This document shows positions 1 to 12,560 of a DNA stretch of 64,000 nt, in pieces (the stretch's first letter is position 1; each line of letters begins with the position of its first letter). The stretch is from Eledone cirrhosa. Lineage: Eukaryota. The stretch covers positions 164,610,001 through 164,674,000 of the forward strand of contig OZ024742.1 of assembly GCA_964016885.1 (NCBI GenBank). The letters are read 5' to 3'. The notes under the pieces are model-generated. The model saw nothing but the letters and a program-made list of their open reading frames with translations. It was not told where the DNA came from and did no database searches. The translations under genes were made by a program, and so were the position numbers.

Positions 1-73
1 TCCCCCTGATTTTTTTTTACAAATTCTCTCACCCTGATTTTTTTTACAAATTATCTCTCCCTGATTTTTTTAC

Positions 74-297
74 AAATTATCTCCCCTTGGCTGGCTGGAA
101 ATTATCTCCCCTTGGAGGCTGGAATTTATCTCCCCTTGGACGGCTAGAAATTACCTCTCCTTGGACGGCTGGAAAATATGTCTCCTTGGACGGCTGGATA
201 TTATCTACCCTTGGACGGCTGGAAATTATCTCCCCTTGGACGGCTGGAAATTATCTCCTCTTGGACGGCTAGATATTACCTCCCCTTGGACGGCTGG
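74..297 (+). repeat. Example of A-cassette type I (9-10 A monomers): GGCTGGCTGG, 24-bp GGAGGCTGGAATTT, GG(C/T)TAGAAATTACC, AAAATATGTC(TC)C ... GGCTAGATATTACC
   Basis: 224 bp = 8x25 + 24. The same ordered variant series recurs dozens of times (the MAGWKLSPLGGWNLSPLGRLEITSPW ORF family, e.g. 980, 1393, 2646, 5494, 9545, 63538). Confidence 0.95.
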
Positions 298-402
298 AAA
301 TTATCTCCCCTTGATTTTTTTACAAATTATCTCCCCCTGATTTTTTTACAAATTATCTCCCCCTGATTTTTTTTACAAATTATCTCCGCCTAATTTTTTT
401 AA

Positions 403-477
403 ATATTATCTTCCCTTGGCTGGCGGGAAATTATCTCCCCTTGGACGGCTGAAAATTATCTCCCCTTGGACGGCTGG
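403..477 (+). repeat. Example of A-cassette type II (3 A monomers: GGCTGGCGGG, GGACGGCTGA, GGACGGCTGG), preceded by the B junction unit CCGCCT(A/G)ATTTTTTTAAATATTATCTTCCC
   Basis: 75 bp; recurs e.g. near 5810, 11335, 13060, 16320, 18185, 24825, 34530, 63340. Confidence 0.93.
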
Positions 478-1742
478 AAATTATCTCCCCTTGATTTTTT
501 TTACAAATTATCTCCCCCTGATTTTTTTTTACAAATTATCTCCCCCTGATTTTTTTTACAAATTATCTCCCCCTGATTTTTTTACAAATTATCTCCCCTT
601 GGCTGGCTGGAAATTATCTCCCCTTGGAGGCTGGAATTTATCTCCCCTTGGACGGCTAGAAATTACCTCTCCTTGGAAGGCTGGAAAATATGTCCTTGGA
701 CGGCTGGATATTATCTACCCTTGGACGGCTGGAAATTATCTCCCCTTGGACGGCTGGAAATTATCTCCCCTTGGACGGCTAGATATTACCTCCCCTTGTA
801 CGGCTGAAAATTATCTCCCCTTGGACGGCTGGAAATTATCTCCCCTTGATTTTTTTTACAAATTATCTCCCCCTGATTATTTTTTACAAATTATCCCCTG
901 ATTTTTTTTTTACAAATTATCTCCCCCTGATTTTTTTTACAAATTATCTCCCCCTGATTTTTTTACAAATTATCTCCCCTTGGCTGGCTGGAAATTATCT
1001 CCCATTGGAGGCTGGAATTTATCTCCCCTTGGACGGTTAGAAATTACCTCCCCTTGGACGGCTGGAAAATATGTCTCCTTGGACGGCTGGAAATTATCGC
1101 CCCTTGGATGGCTGGAAATTATCTCCCCTTGGACGGCTGGAAATTATCTCTCATCGGACGGCTAGAAATTACCTCTCCTTGGACAGCTGAAAATTATCTC
1201 CCCTTGGACGGCTGGAAATTATCTCCCCTTGATTTTTTTTACAAATTATCTCCCCCTGATTTTTTTTTACAAATTATCTCCCCCTAATTTTTTTTTACAA
1301 ATTATCTCCCCCTGATTTTTTTTTACAAATTATCTCCCCCTGATATTTTTTACAAATTATCTCCCCCTGATTTTTTTACAAATTATCTCCCCTTGGCTGG
1401 CTGGAAATTATCTCCCCTTGGAGGCTGGAATTTATCTCCCCTTGGACGGCTAGAAATTACCTCGCCTTGGACGGCTGGAAAATATGTCTCCTTGGACGGC
1501 TGGAAATTATCTCCCCTTGGACGGCTGGAAATTATCTCCCCTTGGACAGCTGGAAATTATCTCCCCTTGGACGGCTAGATATTACCTCCCCTTGGACGGC
1601 TGGAAATTATCTCCCCTTGATTTTTTTTACAAATTATCTCCCCCTGATTTTTTTTTACAAATTATCTCCCCCTGATTTTTTTTTACGAATTATCTCCCCC
1701 CGATTTTTTTTTACAAATTACCTCCGCCTGATTTTTTTTTAA

Positions 1743-1867
1743 AAATTATCTCCCCTTGAACGGCTGGAAATTATCTCCCCTTGGACGGCTGGAAATTATC
1801 TCCCCTTGGACGGCTAGAAATTACCTCTCCTTGGACGGCTGAAAATTATCTCCCCTTGGACGGCTGC
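1743..1867 (+). repeat. Example of A-cassette type III (5 A monomers, starts TTGAACGG, ends GGCTGC, followed by a B unit ending TTAAC)
   Basis: 125 bp; recurs e.g. near 2970, 4200, 7150, 8320, 10310, 12295, 22485, 28940, 60405. Confidence 0.93.
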
Positions 1868-2949
1868 AAATTATCTCCCCTTGATTTTTTAACAAATTAT
1901 CTCCCCCTGATTTTTTTTTACAAATTATCTCCCCCTGATTTTTTTTTACAAATTATCTCCCCCTGATTTTTTTTTACAAATTATCTCCCCCTGATTTTTT
2001 TTACAAATTATCTCCCCCTGATTTTTTTTACAATCTCCGCCTGATTTTTTAAATAATTATCTTCCCTTGGCTGGCGGGAAATTATCTCCCCTTGGACGGC
2101 TGGAAATTATCTCCCCTTGGACGGCTGGAAATTATCTCCCCTTGGACAGCTGGAAATTATCTGCCCTTGATTTTGTTTTTACAAATTATCTCCCCCTGAT
2201 TTTTTTTACAAATTATCTCCACCTGATTTTTTAAAAAATTATCTCCCCTTGGACGGCTGGAAATTATCTCCCCTTGATTTTTTTACAAATTATCTCCCCC
2301 TGATTTTTTTTACAAATTATCTCCCCCTGATTTTATGTTACAAATTATCTCCCCCTGATTTTTTTACAAATTATCTCCCCCTGATTTTTTTTACAAATTA
2401 TCTCCGCCTGATTTTTTTAAATATTATCTTCCCTTGGCTGGCGGGAAATTATCTCCCCTTGGACGGCTGGAAATTATCTCCCCTTGATTTTTTTTACAAA
2501 TTATCTCCCCCTGATTTTTTTTTACAAATTATCTCCCCCTGATTTTTTTTTACAAATTATCTCCCCCTGATTTTTTTTTACAAATTATCTCCCCCTGATT
2601 TTTTTTTACAAATCTCCCCCTGATTTTTTTATAAATTATCTCCCCTTGGCTGGCTGGAAATTATCTCCCCTTGGAGGCTGGAATTTATCTCCCCTTGGAC
2701 GGCTAGAAATTACCTCTCCTTGGATGGCTGGAAAATATGTCTCCTTGGACGGCTGGATATTATCTACCCTTGGACGGCTGGAAATTATCTCCCCTTGGAC
2801 GGCTGGAAATTATCTCCCCTTGGACGGCTAGATATTACCTCCCATTGGACGGCTGGAAATTATCTCCCCTTGATTTTTTTTACAAATTATCTCCCCCTGA
2901 TTTTTTTTTACGAATTATCTCCCCCTGATTTTTTTTTACAAATTATCTC

Positions 2950-5440
2950 CGCCTGATTTTTTTTTAAAATTATCTCCCCTTGAACGGCTGGAAATTATCT
3001 CCCCTTGGACGGCTGGAAATTATCTCCCCTTGGACGGCTAGAAATTACCTCTCCTTGGACGGCTGAAAATTATCTCCCCTTGGACGGCTGCAAATTATCT
3101 CCCCTTGATTTTTTTAACAAATTATCTCCCCCTGATTTTTTTTTACAAATTATCTCCCCCTGATTTTTTTTTACAAATTATCTACGCCTAATTTTTTTTA
3201 CAAATTATCTCCCCCTGATTTTTTTTTACAAATTATCTCCCCCTGATTTTTTTTACAAATTATCTCCCCCTGATTTTTTTTACAAATTATCTCCCCCTGA
3301 TTTTTTTACAAATTATCTCCCCCCTGATTTTTTTTACAATCTCCGCCTGATTTTTTTAAAAATTATCTTCCCTTGGCTGGCGGGAAATTATCTCCCCTTG
3401 GACGGCTGGAAATTATATCCCCTTGGAAGGATGGAAATTATCTCCCCTTGGACGGCTGGAAATTATCTCCCCTTGGACGGCTGGAAATTACCTCCCCTTG
3501 GACAGCTGGAAATTATCTGCCCTTGATTTTGTTTTTACAAATTATCTCCCCCTGATTTTTTTTACAAATTATCTCCACCTGATTTTTTAAAAAATTATCT
3601 CCCCTTGGACGGCTGGAAATTATCTCCCCTTGATTTTTTTTACAAATTATCTCCCCCTGATTTTTTTTTACAAATTATCTCCCCCTGATTTTTTTTACAA
3701 ATTATCTCCCCCTGATTTTTTTTTACAAATTATTTCCCCCTGATTTTTTTACAAATTATCTCCCCCCTGATTTTTTTTACAATCTCCGCCTGATTTTTTT
3801 AAAAATTATCTTCCCTTGGCTGGCGGGAAATTATCTCCCCTTGGACGGCTGGAAATTATATCCCCTTGGAAGGATGGAAATTATCTCCCCTTGGACGGCT
3901 GGAAATTATCTCCCCTTGGACGGCTGGAAATTATCTCCCCTTGGACAGCTGGAAATTATCTGCCCTTGATTTTGTTTTTACAAATTATCTCCCCCTGATT
4001 TTTTTTACAAATTATCTCCACCTGATTTTTTAAAAAATTATCTCCCCTTGGACGGCTGGAAATTATCTCCCCTTGATTTTTTTTACAAATTATCTCCCCC
4101 TGATTTTTTTTTACAAATTATCTCCCCCTGATTTTTTTTTACAAATTATCTCCCCCTGATTTTTTTTTACAAATTATCTCACCCTGATTTTTTTTTTAAA
4201 ATTATCTCCCCTTGAACGGCTGGAAATTATCTCCCCTTGGACGGCTGGAAATTATCTCCCCTTGGACGGCTAGAAATTACCTCTCCTTGGACGGCTGAAA
4301 ATTATCTCCCCTTGGACGGCTGCAAATTATCTCCCCTTGATTTTTTTAACAAATTATCTCCCCCTGATTTTTTTTTACAAATTATCTCCCCCTGATTTTT
4401 TTTTACAAATTATCTACGCCTAATTTTTTTTACAAATTATCTCCCCCTGATTTTTTTTTACAAATTATCTCCCCCTGATTTTTTTTACAAATTATCTCCC
4501 CCTGATTTTTTTTACAAATTATCTCCCCCTGATTTTTTTACAAATTATCTCCCCCCTGATTTTTTTTACAATCTCCGCCTGATTTTTTTAAAAATTATCT
4601 TCCCTTGGCTGGCGGGAAATTATCTCCCCTTGGACGGCTGGAAATTATATCCCCTTGGAAGGATGGAAATTATCTCCCCTTGGACGGCTGGAAATTATCT
4701 CCCCTTGGACGGCTGGAAATTACCTCCCCTTGGACAGCTGGAAATTATCTGCCCTTGATTTTGTTTTTACAAATTATCTCCCCCTGATTTTTTTTACAAA
4801 TTATCTCCACCTGATTTTTTAAAAAATTATCTCCCCTTGGACGGCTGGAAATTATCTCCCCTTGGACGGCTGGAAATTATCTCCCCTTGATTTTTTTTAC
4901 AAATTATCTCCCCCTGATTTTTTTTTACAAATTATCTCCCCCTGATTTTTTTTACAAATTATCTCCCCCTGATTTTTTTTTACAAATTATTTCCCCCTGA
5001 TTTTTTTACAAATTATCTCCCCCCTGATTTTTTTTACAATCTCCGCCTGATTTTTTTAAAAATTATCTTCCCTTGGCTGGCGGGAAATTATCTCCCCTTG
5101 GACGGCTGGAAATTATATCCCCTTGGAAGGATGGAAATTATCTCCCCTTGGACGGCTGGAAATTATCTCCCCTTGGACGGCTGGAAATTATCTCCCCTTG
5201 GACAGCTGGAAATTATCTGCCCTTGATTTTGTTTTTACAAATTATCTCCCCCTGATTTTTTTTACAAATTATCTCCACCTGATTTTTTAAAAAATTATCT
5301 CCCCTTGGACGGCTGGAAATTATCTCCCCTTGATTTTTTTTACAAATTATCTTCCCCTGATTTTTTTTTACAAATTATCTCCCCCTGATTTTTTTTTACA
5401 AATTATCTCCCCCTGATTTTTTTTTACAAATTATCTCACC
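2950..5440 (+). repeat. About 1.24-kb tandem duplication (cassettes III-IV-IV twice) nested in the 5.4-kb unit
   Basis: Offsets 1232 (3373/4605) and 1257 (3816/5073); the difference is one extra 25-bp A unit near 4850. Confidence 0.88.
3360..3509 (+). repeat. Example of A-cassette type IV (6 A monomers incl. ATTATATCCCC, GGAAGGATGG, GGACAGCTGG), preceded by a deleted B unit (ACAATCTCCGCC) and followed by CTGCCCTTGATTTTGTTTT and CTCCACC
   Basis: 150 bp; corresponds to the MAGGKLSPLGRLEIISPWKDGNY ORF family at 3373, 3816, 4605, 5073, 8724, 10712, 17213 ... 60811. Confidence 0.93.
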
Positions 5441-8299
5441 CTGATTTTTTTTACAAATTATCTCTCCCTGATTTTTTTACAAATTATCTCCCCTTGGCTG
5501 GCTGGAAATTATCTCCCCTTGGAGGCTGGAATTTATCTCCCCTTGGACGGCTAGAAATTACCTCTCCTTGGACGGCTGGAAAATATGTCTCCTTGGACGG
5601 CTGGATATTATCTACCCTTGGACGGCTGGAAATTATCTCCCCTTGGACGGCTGGAAATTATCTCCTCTTGGACGGCTAGATATTACCTCCCCTTGGACGG
5701 CTGGAAATTATCTCCCCTTGATTTTTTTACAAATTATCTCCCCCTGATTTTTTTACAAATTATCTCCCCCTGATTTTTTTTACAAATTATCTCCGCCTAA
5801 TTTTTTTAAATATTATCTTCCCTTGGCTGGCGGGAAATTATCTCCCCTTGGACGGCTGAAAATTATCTCCCCTTGGACGGCTGGAAATTATCTCCCCTTG
5901 ATTTTTTTTACAAATTATCTCCCCCTGATTTTTTTTTACAAATTATCTCCCCCTGATTTTTTTTACAAATTATCTCCCCCTGATTTTTTTACAAATTATC
6001 TCCCCTTGGCTGGCTGGAAATTATCTCCCCTTGGAGGCTGGAATTTATCTCCCCTTGGACGGCTAGAAATTACCTCTCCTTGGAAGGCTGGAAAATATGT
6101 CCTTGGACGGCTGGATATTATCTACCCTTGGACGGCTGGAAATTATCTCCCCTTGGACGGCTGGAAATTATCTCCCCTTGGACGGCTAGATATTACCTCC
6201 CCTTGGACGGCTGAAAATTATCTCCCCTTGGACGGCTGGAAATTATCTCCCCTTGATTTTTTTTACAAATTATCTCCCCCTGATTATTTTTTACAAATTA
6301 TCCCCTGATTTTTTTTTTACAAATTATCTCCCCCTGATTTTTTTTACAAATTATCTCCCCCTGATTTTTTTACAAATTATCTCCCCTTGGCTGGCTGGAA
6401 ATTATCTCCCATTGGAGGCTGGAATTTATCTCCCCTTGGACGGTTAGAAATTACCTCCCCTTGGACGGCTGGAAAATATGTCTCCTTGGACGGCTGGAAA
6501 TTATCGCCCCTTGGACGGCTGGAAATTATCTCCCCTTGGACGGCTGGAAATTATCTCTCATCGGACGGCTAGAAATTACCTCTCCTTGGACAGCTGAAAA
6601 TTATCTCCCCTTGGACGGCTGGAAATTATCTCCCCTTGATTTTTTTTACAAATTATCTCCCCCTGATTTTTTTTTACAAATTATCTCCCCCTGATTTTTT
6701 TTTACAAATTATCTCCCCCTGATTTTTTTTTACAAATTATCTCCCCCTGATATTTTTTACAAATTATCTCCCCCTGATTTTTTTACAAATTATCTCCCCT
6801 TGGCTGGCTGGAAATTATCTCCCCTTGGAGGCTGGAATTTATCTCCCCTTGGACGGCTAGAAATTACCTCGCCTTGGACGGCTGGAAAATATGTCTCCTT
6901 GGACGGCTGGAAATTATCTCCCCTTGGACGGCTGGAAATTATCTCCCCTTGGACAGCTGGAAATTATCTCCCCTTGGACGGCTAGATATTACCTCCCCTT
7001 GGACGGCTGGAAATTATCTCCCCTTGATTTTTTTTACAAATTATCTCCCCCTGATTTTTTTTTACAAATTATCTCCCCCTGATTTTTTTTTACGAATTAT
7101 CTCCCCCCGATTTTTTTTTACAAATTATCTCCGCCTGATTTTTTTTTAAAAATTATCTCCCCTTGAACGGCTGGAAATTATCTCCCCTTGGACGGCTGGA
7201 AATTATCTCCCCTTGGACGGCTAGAAATTACCTCTCCTTGGACGGCTGAAAATTATCTCCCCTTGGACGGCTGCAAATTATCTCCCCTTGATTTTTTAAC
7301 AAATTATCTCCCCCTGATTTTTTTTTACAAATTATCTCCCCCTGATTTTTTTTTACAAATTATCTCCCCCTGATTTTTTTACAAATTATCTCCCCCTGAT
7401 TTTTTTTACAATCTCCGCCTGATTTTTTAAAAAATTATCTTCCCTTGGCTGGCGGGAAATTATCTCCCCTTGGACGGCTGGAAATTATCTCCCCTTGGAC
7501 GGCTGGAAATTATCTCCCCTTGGACAGCTGGAAATTATCTGCCCTTGATTTTGTTTTTACAAATTATCTCCCCCTGATTTTTTTTACAAATTATCTCCAC
7601 CTGATTTTTTAAAAAATTATCTCCCCTTGGACGGCTGGAAATTATCTCCCCTTGATTTTTTTACAAATTATCTCCCCCTGATTTTTTTTACAAATTATCT
7701 CCCCCTGATTTTATGTTACAAATTATCTCCCCCTGATTTTTTTACAAATTATCTCCCCCTGATTTTTTTTACAAATTATCTCCGCCTGATTTTTTTAAAT
7801 ATTATCTTCCCTTGGCTGGCGGGAAATTATCTCCCCTTGGACGGCTGGAAATTATCTCCCCTTGATTTTTTTTACAAATTATCTCCCCCTGATTTTTTTT
7901 TACAAATTATCTCCCCCTGATTTTTTTTTACAAATTATCTCCCCCTGATTTTTTTTTACAAATCTCCCCCTGATTTTTTTATAAATTATCTCCCCTTGGC
8001 TGGCTGGAAATTATCTCCCCTTGGAGGCTGGAATTTATCTCCCCTTGGACGGCTAGAAATTACCTCTCCTTGGATGGCTGGAAAATATGTCTCCTTGGAC
8101 GGCTGGATATTATCTACCCTTGGACGGCTGGAAATTATCTCCCCTTGGACGGCTGGAAATTATCTCCCCTTGGACGGCTAGATATTACCTCCCATTGGAC
8201 GGCTGGAAATTATCTCCCCTTGATTTTTTTTACAAACTATCTCCCCCTGATTTTTTTTTACGAATTATCTCCCCCTGATTTTTTTTTACAAATTATCTC

Positions 8300-11200
8300 C
8301 GCCTGATTTTTTTTTTAAAATTATCTCCCCTTGAACGGCTGGAAATTATCTCCCCTTGGACGGCTGGAAATTATCTCCCCTTGGACGGCTAGAAATTACC
8401 TCTCCTTGGACGGCTGAAAATTATCTCCCCTTGGACGGCTGCAAATTATCTCCCCTTGATTTTTTTAACAAATTATCTCCCCCTGATTTTTTTTTACAAA
8501 TTATCTCCCCCTGATTTTTTTTTACAAATTATCTACGCCTAATTTTTTTTACAAATTATCTCCCCCTGATTTTTTTTTACAAATTATCTCCCCCTGATTT
8601 TTTTTACAAATTATCTCCCCCTGATTTTTTTTACAAATTATCTCCCCCTGATTTTTTTACAAATTATCTCCCCCCTGATTTTTTTTACAATCTCCGCCTG
8701 ATTTTTTTAAAAATTATCTTCCCTTGGCTGGCGGGAAATTATCTCCCCTTGGACGGCTGGAAATTATATCCCCTTGGAAGGATGGAAATTATCTCCCCTT
8801 GGACGGCTGGAAATTATCTCCCCTTGGACGGCTGGAAATTACCTCCCCTTGGACAGCTGGAAATTATCTGCCCTTGATTTTGTTTTTACAAATTATCTCC
8901 CCCTGATTTTTTTTACAAATTATCTCCACCTGATTTTTTAAAAAATTATCTCCCCTTGGACGGCTGGAAATTATCTCCCCTTGGACGGCTGGAAATTATC
9001 TCCCCTTGATTTTTTTTACAAATTATCTCCCCCTGATTTTTTTTTACAAATTATCTCCCCCTGATTTTTTTTTACAAATTATCTACCCCTGATTTTTTTT
9101 TACAAATTATCTCCCCCTGATTTTTTTTACAAATTATCTCTCCCTGATTTTTTTTTACAAATTATCTCCCCCTGATTTTTTTTTACAAATTATCTACCCC
9201 TGATTTTTTTTTACAAATTATCTCCCCCTGATTTTTTTTACAAATTATCTCCCCCTGATTTTTTTTACAAATTATCTCCCCCTGATTTTTTTACAAATTA
9301 TCTCCCCCCGATTTTTTTTACAAATTATCTCCGCCTAATTTTTTTAAATATTATCTTCCCTTGGCTGGAGGGAAATTATCTCCCCTTGGACGGCTGAAAA
9401 TTATCTCCCCTTGGACGGCTGGAAATTATCTCCCCTTGATTTTTTTACAAATTATCTCCCCCTGATTATTTTTTACAAATTATCTCCCCCTGATTTTTTT
9501 TTACAAATTATCTCCCTCTGATTTTTTTTACAAATTATCTCCCCTTGGCTGGCTGGAAATTATCTCCCCTTGGAGGCTGGAATTTATCTCCACTTGGACG
9601 GTTAGAAATTACCTCTCCTTGGACTGCTGGAAAATATGTCTCCTTGGACGGCTGGAAATTATCTCCCCTTGGACGGCTGGAAATTATCTCCCCTTGGACG
9701 GCTGGAAATTATCTCTCCTCGGACGACTAGAAATTACCTCTCCTTGGACAGCTGAAAATTATCTCCCCTTGGACGGCTGGAAATTATCTCCCCTTGATTT
9801 TTTTTACAAATTATCTCCCCCCGATTTTTTTTTACAAATTATCTCCCCCTGATTTTTTTTTACAAATTATCTCCCCCTGATTTTTTTTACAAATTATCTC
9901 CCCCTGATATTTTTTACAAATTATCTCCCCCTGATTTTTTACAAATTATCTCCCCTTGGCTGGCTGGAAATTATCTCCCCTTGGAGGCTGGAATTTATCT
10001 CCCCTTGGACGGCTAGAAATTACCTCGCCTTGGACGGCTGGAAAATATGTCTCCTTGGACGGCTGGAAATTATCTCCCCTTGGACGGCTGGAAATTATCT
10101 CCCCTTGGACGGCTGGAAATTATCTCCCCTTGGACGGCTAGATATTACCTCCCCTTGGACGGCTGGAAATTATCTCCCCTTGATTTTTTTTACAAATTAC
10201 CTCCCCCTGATTTTTTTTTACAAATTATCTCCCCCTGATTTTTTTTTACGAATTATCTCCCCCTGATTTTTTTTTACAAATTATCTCCGCCTGATTTTTT
10301 TTTTTAAATTATCTCCCCTTGAACGGCTGGAAATTATCTCCCCTTGGACGGCTGGAAATTATCTCCCCTTGGACGGCTAGAAATTACCTCTCCTTGGACG
10401 GCTGAAAATTATCTCCCCTTGGACGGCTGCAAATTATCTCCCCTTGATTTTTTTAACAAATTATCTCCCCCTGATTTTTTTTTACAAATTATCTCCCCCT
10501 GATTTTTTTTTACAAATTATCTACGCCTAATTTTTTTTACAAATTATCTCCCCCTGATTTTTTTTTACAAATTATCTCCCCCTGATTTTTTTTACAAATT
10601 ATCTCCCCCTGATTTTTTTTACAAATTATCTCCCCCTGATTTTTTTACAAATTATCTCCCCCCTGATTTTTTTTACAATCTCCGCCTGATTTTTTTAAAA
10701 ATTATCTTCCCTTGGCTGGCGGGAAATTATCTCCCCTTGGACGGCTGGAAATTATATCCCCTTGGAAGGATGGAAATTATCTCCCCTTGGACGGCTGGAA
10801 ATTATCTCCCCTTGGACGGCTGGAAATTACCTCCCCTTGGACAGCTGGAAATTATCTGCCCTTGATTTTGTTTTTACAAATTATCTCCCCCTGATTTTTT
10901 TTACAAATTATCTCCACCTGATTTTTTAAAAAATTATCTCCCCTTGGACGGCTGGAAATTATCTCCCCTTGGACGGCTGGAAATTATCTCCCCTTGATTT
11001 TTTTTACAAATTATCTCCCCCTGATTTTTTTTTACAAATTATCTCCCCCTGATTTTTTTTTACAAATTATCTACCCCTGATTTTTTTTTACAAATTATCT
11101 CCCCCTGATTTTTTTTACAAATTATCTCTCCCTGATTTTTTTTTACAAATTATCTCCCCCTGATTTTTTTTTACAAATTATCTACCCCTGATTTTTTTTT

Positions 11201-12560
11201 ACAAATTATCTCCCCCTGATTTTTTTTACAAATTATCTCCCCCTGATTTTTTTTACAAATTATCTCCCCCTGATTTTTTTACAAATTATCTCCCCCCGAT
11301 TTTTTTTACAAATTATCTCCGCCTAATTTTTTTAAATATTATCTTCCCTTGGCTGGCGGGAAATTATCTCCCCTTGGACGGCTGAAAATTATCTCCCCTT
11401 GGACGGCTGGAAATTATCTCCCCTTGATTTTTTTACAAATTATCTCCCCCTGATTATTTTTTACAAATTATCTCCCCCTGATTTTTTTTTACAAATTATC
11501 TCCCTCTGATTTTTTTTACAAATTATCTCCCCTTGGCTGGCTGGAAATTATCTCCCCTTGGAGGCTGGAATTTATCTCCACTTGGACGGTTAGAAATTAC
11601 CTCTCCTTGGACTGCTGGAAAATATGTCTCCTTGGACGGCTGGAAATTATCTCCCCTTGGACGGCTGGAAATTATCTCCCCTTGGACGGCTGGAAATTAT
11701 CTCTCCTCGGACGACTAGAAATTACCTCTCCTTGGACAGCTGAAAATTATCTCCCCTTGGACGGCTGGAAATTATCTCCCCTTGATTTTTTTTACAAATT
11801 ATCTCCCCCCGATTTTTTTTTACAAATTATCTCCCCCTGATTTTTTTTTACAAATTATCTCCCCCTGATTTTTTTTACAAATTATCTCCCCCTGATATTT
11901 TTTACAAATTATCTCCCCCTGATTTTTTTACAAATTATCTCCCCTTGGCTGGCTGGAAATTATCTCCCCTTGGAGGCTGGAATTTATCTCCCCTTGGACG
12001 GCTAGAAATTACCTCGCCTTGGACGGCTGGAAAATATGTCTCCTTGGACGGCTGGAAATTATCTCCCCTTGGACGGCTGGAAATTATCTCCCCTTGGACG
12101 GCTGGAAATTATCTCCCCTTGGACGGCTAGATATTACCTCCCCTTGGACGGCTGGAAATTATCTCCCCTTGATTTTTTTTACAAATTACCTCCCCCTGAT
12201 TTTTTTTTACAAATTATCTCCCCCTGATTTTTTTTTACGAATTATCTCCCCCTGATTTTTTTTTACAAATTATCTCCGCCTGATTTTTTTTTTAAAATTA
12301 TCTCCCCTTGAACGGCTGGAAATTATCTCCCCTTGGACGGCTGGAAATTATCTCCCCTTGGACGGCTAGAAATTACCTCTCCTTGGACGGCTGAAAATTA
12401 TCTCCCCTTGGACGGCTGCAAATTATCTCCCCTTGATTTTTTAACAAATTATCTCCCCCTGATTTTTTTTTACAAATTATCTCCCCCTGATTTTTTTTTA
12501 CAAATTATCTACGCCTAATTTTTTTTACAAATTATCTCCCCCTGATTTTTTTTTACAAAT
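8300..12560 (+). repeat. 1988-bp near-perfect tandem duplication (two copies plus the start of a third)
   Basis: Offsets 1988/1989 for 8724/10712, 9545/11533, 9956/11945; shared variants CTCCACTTGG, GGACTGCTGG, GGACGACTAG, ACAAATTACCTCCCCCTGA. Confidence 0.92.

Larger units (their letters stand above)
1..9060 (+). repeat. About 5.4-kb higher-order tandem duplication (1-5407 followed by a truncated second copy 5408-~9060)
   Basis: Constant offset 5407 for 87/5494, 416/5823, 980/6387, 1781/7188, then 5378 (2249/7627) and 5350 (2646/7996) after loss of B units. Confidence 0.9.

Noticed and set aside
300-402. Rho-independent or Pol III terminators at T-tracts
   Set aside because: No GC hairpin precedes the T runs and no transcription unit is evident; they are simply part of monomer B.
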